From Bacteroidota bacterium (GTDB lineage Bacteria > Bacteroidota > Bacteroidia > Cytophagales > Cyclobacteriaceae): DNA of 64,000 nucleotides. Shown here one piece after another: positions 49,057-56,797 of this stretch. The position numbers and the translations under genes were made by a program. Where the stretch lies: positions 72-64,071 of the forward strand of contig JBCCSU010000001.1 in assembly GCA_039199635.1 (NCBI GenBank). The letters are read 5' to 3'. The notes beneath the pieces are model-generated. The model was given only the letters and a program-made list of their open reading frames with translations, had not been told where the DNA came from and made no database searches. Numbering within the stretch: the stretch's first letter is position 1; each line of letters opens with the position of its first letter.

Positions 49057-49752
49057 ATGCTGTCAAACATTGAATTGGACGTTTCTCCAGACCCTACGGA
49101 AACCATCTATTTGCTAGCACATGATATCAAAAGTCCTATCAATAGAATTAAGGGCTTATTAGAGATAGCAAAGTCAAGTACCTGCCCTAATGAGATTCAA
49201 AACATACTTGAGATGGCGCTTTATTCCAGTGAAAATTTGCGTTCAAAGGTGGATACGCTTTTAAACAAAGCCGTTAATGGACATCAAGAACCCCATGAAT
49301 TTATAGATTTCGAACGTATAGTGGAAGACATTCGGGAATCGCTTTCTGCTGTGGAAAGTATGAATGATGCGAAAATAATTGTAAGGGTAGAAAATGATCT
49401 CAACTACTACAGCAGCCCGGTTCTACACTATTCAATACTTCACAATCTCATTGAAAATGCGCTTAAGTATAGGCGCCCCACGGCAGATTCGGTGGTGGTG
49501 ATCGTAAGTATCAGCAGGTCTGGTGACGGCCTTAGTCTTACCGTAAGTGACAATGGGTCAGGGATGGATGCCGAGACTACCTCAAAGATATTTAACAAAT
49601 CTTACCGGGCTGATACCACTCACCATGGGCATGGACTGGGGCTCTTTCTCGTGCAGAAAAATGTAGCCAAACTGGGCGGCACTATAGAAGTAGAAAGCCA
49701 GGTAGATACGGGAAGCACATTTACGATTGTATTGCCCTACTGTACTTGCTAA
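49057..49752 (+). CDS. Sensor-less histidine kinase (HisKA + HATPase only)
   Basis: LAHDIKSPI, NLIENALKY, DNGSGM, GHGLGL. Confidence 0.85.
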   Translation: MLSNIELDVSPDPTETIYLLAHDIKSPINRIKGLLEIAKSSTCPNEIQNILEMALYSSENLRSKVDTLLNKAVNGHQEPHEFIDFERIVEDIRESLSAVESMNDAKIIVRVENDLNYYSSPVLHYSILHNLIENALKYRRPTADSVVVIVSISRSGDGLSLTVSDNGSGMDAETTSKIFNKSYRADTTHHGHGLGLFLVQKNVAKLGGTIEVESQVDTGSTFTIVLPYCTC

Positions 49753-49807
49753 ACTCTATCTCAAATCATAAAAGAAAGGCCGGTTTTCGCTCCTCCGACC
49801 TCTTACA

Positions 49808-50425
49808 TTATCCTTTAAAATACTGATGTACCTTTATTAGAGAGTAAACTGCTCCGGGTATGAAGAATAATATGGTAAGCAATAGGCTTAACCAAAATTC
49901 CGTGGTGATACCGTAAGTCAGCCCTATACCTAATGGTGGAATCAGTAAAGCCAGGATCATCATAAGAACGTATTCATCATCATCCTGGGCCTCTTTCAAT
50001 GCTTTAATGTCCTTTTTTACTTTTTGCTTCAACTCGCGTTTCATTTTTCGTTTTTCCTTCTTTAGCAACTTAGAGCGTTCTTTGGAAGGCGCTGTATTTG
50101 ATGTGATCTCAGCAAGACGCGTCTGATGCTTTTTGATGAGCTGTCTTACTTCTTGCTGCTTAGCCATCACCAGCTCATTCTCTGTAGCAGCCATGAGCTC
50201 CTCTGCTTGAGGTGGTGCTACACCTTGTGATCTCTGTTCTCTAAGAGTATCAGCCATCAGCAAATGCTGATTGGTGATGGTACGGGTCTGGGTCACATTT
50301 TTCTGTCCTTCATAAAAGGGGGTAGACGAAGTAAAGTGACGTCCGTAATCCGGAGAACATGCGTTAATAACGATCACTATGACAGCACACCATAGTCCAT
50401 GGGTAAGGAAGTTTGTCTTTTTCAT
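49808..50425 (-). CDS. Lipoprotein with a C-terminal YqaE/Pmp3 domain
   Basis: Lipobox INAC; ILALLIPPLGI...LLLTILFFIPGAVYS. Confidence 0.8.
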   Translation of the reverse strand: MKKTNFLTHGLWCAVIVIVINACSPDYGRHFTSSTPFYEGQKNVTQTRTITNQHLLMADTLREQRSQGVAPPQAEELMAATENELVMAKQQEVRQLIKKHQTRLAEITSNTAPSKERSKLLKKEKRKMKRELKQKVKKDIKALKEAQDDDEYVLMMILALLIPPLGIGLTYGITTEFWLSLLLTILFFIPGAVYSLIKVHQYFKG

Positions 50426-50653
50426 AACTACTGGTTTAGGATTAGTATTTTTCAGAAGCGCAACTCAAAAATATCTCCAACATCAGAACGTCAAATCCTT
50501 AATGTTAATCGGGGAATAACAGCTAATCTCTACGGTTTTTGGGCAAATATTTCCCCAAAAGATGTGATAAATGACCTCTGAAGTGACAGAGAGCTGTTGG
50601 CAGGGTTTTTCCGTTTTAGTGAATAAAAATTGTTTAATTAAAACACTAAAAAT

Positions 50654-50818
50654 ATGTTACGTTGGACTATCGCATTTCTTCTTATAGCACTTGTTGCCGC
50701 AGTATTAGGTTTTGGAGGTATAGCCGCTGGTGCTGCCTCAATCGCTAAAATTATTTTCTTTATCTTCTTAGTACTGCTTGTTATATCATTAATTATGGGT
50801 GCCGTACGGAAAACCTGA
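50654..50818 (+). CDS. DUF1328 (YtjA-like) small membrane protein (not in the ORF track)
   Basis: [54 protein letters not shown]. Confidence 0.92.
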   Translation: MLRWTIAFLLIALVAAVLGFGGIAAGAASIAKIIFFIFLVLLVISLIMGAVRKT

Positions 50819-50839
50819 TAAGGTTAAAATGAATGTTGC

Positions 50840-50878
50840 AGGAGGCAAAAGGAAGTGTTCGGCTTCGCTTTGCCTCCT
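50840..50878. terminator. Hairpin between the convergent DUF1328 and pflA genes
   Basis: AGGAGGCAAA...TTTGCCTCCT. Confidence 0.6.
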
Positions 50879-50951
50879 ATTGCATTGCTAAGCATATTCA
50901 ACTTGCATATGAGACCTCTCGATTTAATGAATTCTCAAAAAAGTGAAATGA

Positions 50952-51725
50952 TTAATTGACGACTACTTCCTGAAAATATAGCTCGAATATTTGTTTCGCT
51001 TTCTCTAACTGCTCCGCTGTATTTTCGGGAATGCCTTCCAGTGGATACTTTCTACCCAACTCTTTCCACTTGTATTCCCCTAACCGATGATACGGCTGTA
51101 TTTCCAGCTTTTTAATTTGCCGATAGGATTGAAAATGTACGCCCAACTTATGCAGGTGTTCGGCATTGTCACTTAAACCCGGAACCAATACATAACGCAG
51201 CCAGAAGGGCTTTCCCTGGTCTTCTAAATAGCGTGCAAAAGACAAGGTTTTTGCGTTAGACTGACCGGTTATTTTTTTATGTATGGTTGGTTCAATATGC
51301 TTTACGTCTAACAATACAAGGTCGGTCTGCTCTAATAGATCCACCACGTACTTATTCATGATATAACCGTTTGTATCCAGACAGGTGTGTATGTCACGTT
51401 CTCTCAATTCTTTGAACAAAAGGCGCAAATTATTAGCTTGTAAGCAGGGCTCACCTCCTGAAGCAGTTACACCGCCATCAGTACCAAAAAATGATTTCAT
51501 TTTTAACGCAGTATCAAGCAATTGAGATAGACGTGTGATCGTGCCACTATTCATACGCATAGTATCCGGGTTAGCACAGTAAAGGCACTGGAATAAACAA
51601 CCTTGTAGGAAAAAAACCGTGCGAATACCCGGACCGTCATAGGTACCAAAAGATTCTATGCTATGGACTTTCAACGTCTTTTGTTGGGTTTGCGTTAGTT
51701 CGTTTTCCGTAGTTATTGTAGACAT
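50952..51725 (-). CDS. pflA: Pyruvate formate-lyase activating enzyme
   Basis: HSIESFGTYDGPGIR, CLFQCLYC radical-SAM motif, SGGEP. Confidence 0.95.
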   Translation of the reverse strand: MSTITTENELTQTQQKTLKVHSIESFGTYDGPGIRTVFFLQGCLFQCLYCANPDTMRMNSGTITRLSQLLDTALKMKSFFGTDGGVTASGGEPCLQANNLRLLFKELRERDIHTCLDTNGYIMNKYVVDLLEQTDLVLLDVKHIEPTIHKKITGQSNAKTLSFARYLEDQGKPFWLRYVLVPGLSDNAEHLHKLGVHFQSYRQIKKLEIQPYHRLGEYKWKELGRKYPLEGIPENTAEQLEKAKQIFELYFQEVVVN

Positions 51726-51787
51726 CAAAGCAGTATTTCTTTTAGTATATTTTCTGTGTAGGTGAAAGCTGGACGCTCCACCTGAGC

Positions 51788-54040
51788 TTACATCATTTCG
51801 AAAAAGCTTCTTGATAGCACTTCCAGCTGCTGCTCACGTGATAGCTTCACAAAATTCACCGCATAACCGGATACACGTATGGTTAACTGAGGATACTTTT
51901 CAGGGTTTTCCATTGCATCCATTAGCGTTTCTTTATTGAGTACATTTACATTGAGATGGTGTGCTCCCTGGCTGAAGTATCCATCAAGAATAGTGACTAA
52001 ATTTCGAGTTTTGGCTTCCTGAGTAGGGCCTAGAGTTTTTGGCACCAGGCTCAAGGTATTAGATATGCCATCCAGCGCATTCCGATAGTCTAACTTCGCT
52101 ACCGAGTTGAGGGAGGCCAATACTCCATTTCTATCGCGTCCGTGCATAGGGTTTGCACCGGGTGCAAAAGCAACTCCTGCACTACGGCCATCCGGTGTGG
52201 CACCGGTTTTTTTGCCGTAAGCCACATTTGAAGTAATGGTTAATACAGAAAGTGTAGGAGCAGCATTTTTATAGGTAGAATACAGTGAAAGTGCCTCGTT
52301 AAATAAGCGTGTAACTTCAGCGGCGATATCATCCGCGCGATCGTCATCATTACCATAGCATGGAAAATCACCGGCGATGTTAAAGTCAACAGCTATTCCC
52401 TGCTCGTTTCTAAGAGCGGTGACTTTAGCATGTTTAATGGCCGATAAAGAATCCGCTACTATCGATAGCCCGGCGATACCGTACGCTACGTTAATCGATG
52501 GATTAGTGTCAATCAGCGCCATTTGTGCACGTTCATAATAATATTTGTCGTGCATGTAATGAATGACATTCATTGCATCTACATACACTCTGGCTATCTC
52601 ACGCATGGCATATTGAAAATGAGCCATCACCTCATTGTAGTCCAGTACATCTTTCTTAAGCGGAGGCATGTCCTCTATCACGGACTTACCGCTGTTTTCA
52701 CATTTACCTCCATTAATAGCTAAGAGTAAAGTTTTAGCAAGGTTACATCGGGCTCCAAAGAACTGAATTTCCTTACCTAGTTCTTGAAATGAAACGCAGC
52801 ATGCTATACCATAGTCATCAGATTTACGTACCTGGCGCATCAGATCATCATTTTCATATTGAATGGATGAAGTATCAATGGAAATTTTAGAACAAAAATC
52901 TTTAAAAGGCTCAGGTAATTTAGCTGACCATAAGATGGTTAAGTTCGGCTCCGGAGAAGGGCCTAGATTGTATAAGGTTTGTAAGAAGCGGTACGAGGTT
53001 TTAGTTACTTTGTGATGGCCGTTTAGGGTTAAGCCCCCGATAGCCTCGGTTACCCAGGTAGGATCACCGGCAAAAATGTCGTTATATGCGGCCATCCGTA
53101 GCTGACGGACCATTCTCAATTTTAAAACAAATTGATCAATCAACTCCTGAGCATAGGACTCCGTGATAAGACCTTTTTCCAGATCACGCTGGATGTAAAT
53201 GTCTAAGAAAGTGGAGACATTGCCCAGCGACATTGCAGCTCCATCTTGCTCCTTAACGGCTGCTAAATAAGCCATGTAAACCCACTGCACGGCTTCTTTG
53301 GCATTTTTGGCAGGTTTTTCCAGGTTAAGTTGATACGTTTTACCCAGCGTTTTTATTTCTTCCAATGCCCTGATTTGATCACTTACTTCTTCCCGCAGAC
53401 GTATCATGAAATCTGTCATTGATCCTGAAAGCTCAGCAAGATCGGCCTTTTTTGCAGCGATAAGTTTGTCGGTGCCATAAAGTGCTAATCGTCTATAATC
53501 ACCAATTATTCGACCGCGAGCATAATTATCAGGCAATCCTGTAATTACTCCTAGCGACCGGTATTTTCTGATCTCTTCACTGTAAGCATCAAATACTCCT
53601 TGATTATGAGATTTAACATAATGGTTAAAAATGTCCTTAACCTGCTCACTCAAGCTCACTCCCTGTTCTTCACACGCTTTTTCTACAATTCCAATACCTC
53701 CATAGGGCTTAATGGCTCTTTTTAGAAGTTCATCTGTTTGTAAGCCTACTATGAGCTCATCTTCTTTAGAAATATAGCCTGCCTGGTGTGAGTTGATCTT
53801 GGAAATGGTGGCTGTATCAATGGAGCGAACCCCGTTATTAGCTCTTTCTTCTTGTTCCGCTTTCTGGCAAATTTTAAATAGCTTATCCGTTCTGGGGGTA
53901 GGACCTTCCAGAAAATCCGCAGTACCGTTATACGGACTTATGTTGTTTATTATGAAGTCACGAACATCAATGGATTCATTCCATTTACCCGGGACAAATT
54001 CTGTTTTGTTTACTAGTGCTTCCATCATATGCGTGATCAT
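51788..54040 (-). CDS. pflB: Formate acetyltransferase (pyruvate formate-lyase)
   Basis: IACCVS active-site cysteines, RVSGY glycyl-radical motif; start uncertain among ATG 54040/54028/54025. Confidence 0.96.
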   Translation of the reverse strand: MITHMMEALVNKTEFVPGKWNESIDVRDFIINNISPYNGTADFLEGPTPRTDKLFKICQKAEQEERANNGVRSIDTATISKINSHQAGYISKEDELIVGLQTDELLKRAIKPYGGIGIVEKACEEQGVSLSEQVKDIFNHYVKSHNQGVFDAYSEEIRKYRSLGVITGLPDNYARGRIIGDYRRLALYGTDKLIAAKKADLAELSGSMTDFMIRLREEVSDQIRALEEIKTLGKTYQLNLEKPAKNAKEAVQWVYMAYLAAVKEQDGAAMSLGNVSTFLDIYIQRDLEKGLITESYAQELIDQFVLKLRMVRQLRMAAYNDIFAGDPTWVTEAIGGLTLNGHHKVTKTSYRFLQTLYNLGPSPEPNLTILWSAKLPEPFKDFCSKISIDTSSIQYENDDLMRQVRKSDDYGIACCVSFQELGKEIQFFGARCNLAKTLLLAINGGKCENSGKSVIEDMPPLKKDVLDYNEVMAHFQYAMREIARVYVDAMNVIHYMHDKYYYERAQMALIDTNPSINVAYGIAGLSIVADSLSAIKHAKVTALRNEQGIAVDFNIAGDFPCYGNDDDRADDIAAEVTRLFNEALSLYSTYKNAAPTLSVLTITSNVAYGKKTGATPDGRSAGVAFAPGANPMHGRDRNGVLASLNSVAKLDYRNALDGISNTLSLVPKTLGPTQEAKTRNLVTILDGYFSQGAHHLNVNVLNKETLMDAMENPEKYPQLTIRVSGYAVNFVKLSREQQLEVLSRSFFEMM

Positions 54041-54084
54041 TGTAGTTTGGAACACAAAGATGAAACGTATTACAACCGTGCTGA

Positions 54085-54120
54085 ATGATGGGTATCAGTC
54101 TTATCATTGATTGCTGTCAT
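54085..54120. promoter_or_regulatory. Two FNR/CRP-like boxes upstream of pflB
   Basis: ATGAT-GGGT-ATCAG and TTGAT-TGCT-GTCAT versus TTGAT-N4-ATCAA. Confidence 0.5.
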
Positions 54121-54268
54121 TACGGTTAGATGAGCTCTATAAGGTATCAGTGTGTCTTCTTTATTATTTAAAGAAGATCATTAATAAGCAAAGGGTTTTC
54201 AGGTTTAAGAGTTATTTTACCTATCGAACTTAAGGGTTTCGCGAAAATTATAATGGTTTTACATCCGT

Positions 54269-55372
54269 CTATAAGGTAAGACCTAATCCGAATTCCATCA
54301 TATCTGCGGTACGGCTATGTGCTTTGAGAGTGGCCTGGCAGAAAAAATTATGGGTCACCCTATATTTAAACCCATAGCGCTGGTACCAGTTGGGGTAAAG
54401 GATCTGCGGCTTGTAAATATAATAACCACCTTGAAGTAAAACGGATAACTTCCCAATTAATAGCTCTCCGCCAACTGTAATGGCTAGTTGTCTACCGTCA
54501 TAATCCAACACAAAATCATCCGACAGAAACTTACTCTTATAAACATCAAGAGCTTTGACCATAGATTCCTCATCGTAATAAAAACCATCGACCCCAAGGA
54601 GTATGGTATTGTATTTCGTAATTTGTTTACTCAAGTAAAGAGAAATACTGTAGGCGCGATGTTTGGTATCTTCTTGTAAAACTTCTCGCCAAGAAGTGGC
54701 ACCCGTAAGGTTGAATTTTAAGGAACGCTCAAAATTCTTTACGGTATCTTTTACAAAGTTGATTGGACTTGGATTGGGTACGTATTTAAACCCTATTCCA
54801 AACATAGGAAAATTCATGCCATTATTCGGCATATTAAGTTTACCGTTAGAATAGTGCCTGAAAGCCGCGTTAAGGTTAAGAAAATATTGTTCGGTAAGCT
54901 GAAATTCATAGTGGATGGTGCCACGTGCCACATAGCTGATACGACTGCTAATCGCTTTGTTATCTGGATTAGTTTCAATGTTAAACCGCTCTGAAGAGTA
55001 GACAAACCCTGAACCAATATTCAATCTCCATTTATTCTTTTTTCTATTATTGATCGTAAAATCCAGATAACTTGTAGCTGAGACCACTTTTCCCAATTCT
55101 TCCGGCACTCCATAATTATAATACTCCAGGGCAATGCCCAGCTGAGGATAATTAAAAAGCCGCTCCCATTGTTTTCTGCCGTTGGTCAGTTTATTGGCAT
55201 ATAGCTCAATACCATGTAAACCGGTCCATTCAAGCTTTTTCATACTCTCTTTATAACGTAATACACCACCATAATATGGATTAGCTCCAAAAGCCCAGGA
55301 AGCTTTCTTAAGCTCTTGAGCGTCTAACGTAACGAATAGAAGGAATAGAAAAAGGAAGGATATGAAACGCAT
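54269..55372 (-). CDS. Acyloxyacyl hydrolase / PagL-like outer-membrane barrel
   Basis: NYPQLG, NPDNKAISS, FRHYSNG..MPNNGMN, C-terminal EFGLGLTL. Confidence 0.8.
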   Translation of the reverse strand: MRFISFLFLFLLFVTLDAQELKKASWAFGANPYYGGVLRYKESMKKLEWTGLHGIELYANKLTNGRKQWERLFNYPQLGIALEYYNYGVPEELGKVVSATSYLDFTINNRKKNKWRLNIGSGFVYSSERFNIETNPDNKAISSRISYVARGTIHYEFQLTEQYFLNLNAAFRHYSNGKLNMPNNGMNFPMFGIGFKYVPNPSPINFVKDTVKNFERSLKFNLTGATSWREVLQEDTKHRAYSISLYLSKQITKYNTILLGVDGFYYDEESMVKALDVYKSKFLSDDFVLDYDGRQLAITVGGELLIGKLSVLLQGGYYIYKPQILYPNWYQRYGFKYRVTHNFFCQATLKAHSRTADMMEFGLGLTL

Positions 55373-55383
55373 TTTACTTATGA

Positions 55384-55959
55384 CTAACTAGTCACTATTT
55401 TAGCTATTTGTTCACTTAGGGTGTTAATTTCCATACTCGTTTTATCAGTTAGCCTTACACCAGCGTATCTCGATACAATCGCATTTTTCATAGAAGATAC
55501 TAAGAAAACAAGATTGACCATATCCATAGCATTAGATAGTTCAGCTTGAAAGTTCGTTAATCCCGTTCTCGTAAAGTCGGATTCTTTTTCTTGGAGGAAA
55601 GAATTACCATAAAACAATTCTCTCCGGACAAGTTGCGCCATTTCGGGAAATTCCTTTGTAAATTTAATCTCAACCAGGCAGGTTTGAAAAAACCATTGCT
55701 GCCAGGAGGCAATCGCCCTTTGTGCGGCAAAATTCAGTATTTCATACTTTCGATCAGCGCTACGTTCAATAACATAAGTATAAAGGTCTTCCTTATCCTC
55801 AAAATATTGATAAATACTTCCTTTCGCTATCCCTAACTCTTTTACAATGCTGGAAACAGAGGCTTCACCAAATGAGTTTTTTGAAAACTCTTTGAGACAG
55901 GCACGCAAAATACGTTTCTTTTTATCTGCGTTTAGTTTATGGAAAGTACTCTTGCTCAA
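55384..55959 (-). CDS. TetR/AcrR family regulator
   Basis: ASVSSIVKELGIAKGSIYQYFEDKEDLY. Confidence 0.92.
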   Translation of the reverse strand: MSKSTFHKLNADKKKRILRACLKEFSKNSFGEASVSSIVKELGIAKGSIYQYFEDKEDLYTYVIERSADRKYEILNFAAQRAIASWQQWFFQTCLVEIKFTKEFPEMAQLVRRELFYGNSFLQEKESDFTRTGLTNFQAELSNAMDMVNLVFLVSSMKNAIVSRYAGVRLTDKTSMEINTLSEQIAKIVTS

Positions 55960-55963
55960 TTTA

Positions 55964-55977
55964 TGACTGATTAGTCA
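55964..55977. promoter_or_regulatory. Putative TetR operator TGACT-N4-AGTCA (second copy at 55381-55394)
   Basis: TGACTGATTAGTCA and TGACTAACTAGTCA. Confidence 0.65.
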
Positions 55978-56008
55978 CAATTTAAAAACTATTCTTGAAA
56001 AACGAAAG

Positions 56009-56797
56009 CTAATCGAGTTGTGGTGCCTCGAATGATTCAAATACTTTATCCGGTACTGTGTCATAAACCTTTACGTCTTTAGGTCCTCGGTTATCCGAGC
56101 GATCACCAGAAAGCAAAAGACCATTATAAGATTGGTAATTGTCCCAGGGCCATACGGCTGAAGCACTATCCTGACTCGCCGTTCTGAAATAAGCCCATTG
56201 TTTGATCAAGCTATCTGTTTGATCAATGTATACCTCGTATTTATTCTGGGGGGTATTTCCAACGCCGTTAAAAGTAAGCTCAAGAACTTCGGACGTTTCT
56301 CCGGCCTGGGTAGTATCTGATCTTAAGTACCTCAGGGTGACTCCACTATCTTTTAGTTTAAATGGCATCACTAACCAATAGGAATCATTGATCCAAATAC
56401 TCTTTGCTCGCGAAAGATATTTTTTCAGACTATCTGGCTGAGTTATATCCATGCCTTTACGTTTTACCTTACCTTCCAAGGTATGGATATTCAAAAGGTA
56501 TATGGCACTATCTCTGGGGAAGTCAATCCTTACTCGGCCAGAGGGCTTGTCCCAAATTAGATCACGGGCGCCAAAGAAGTTCCATGATATCACCCCCAAA
56601 TTATTCCATTTTTCACGCCCGCCCATAGCCTTCATGCTCGCATCCGCCCAGGCTATGGCTTTAGGATCAGATCCGTTAAGGTTAAACCCCTCCTCTGCGG
56701 GATTTTCAGGCAGTGTATTTTCCGGCACTGATTCTCCCGGTCCCTTACAAGCCGCTATCACCAGGGCCAAAATCACAATTATATTATTTGCTCTCAT
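56009..56797 (-). CDS. Hypothetical lipoprotein
   Basis: Lipobox IAAC; AMGGREKW, WINDSYWLVMPFKLKDSGV; ATG 56797 preferred. Confidence 0.75.
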   Translation of the reverse strand: MRANNIIVILALVIAACKGPGESVPENTLPENPAEEGFNLNGSDPKAIAWADASMKAMGGREKWNNLGVISWNFFGARDLIWDKPSGRVRIDFPRDSAIYLLNIHTLEGKVKRKGMDITQPDSLKKYLSRAKSIWINDSYWLVMPFKLKDSGVTLRYLRSDTTQAGETSEVLELTFNGVGNTPQNKYEVYIDQTDSLIKQWAYFRTASQDSASAVWPWDNYQSYNGLLLSGDRSDNRGPKDVKVYDTVPDKVFESFEAPQLD

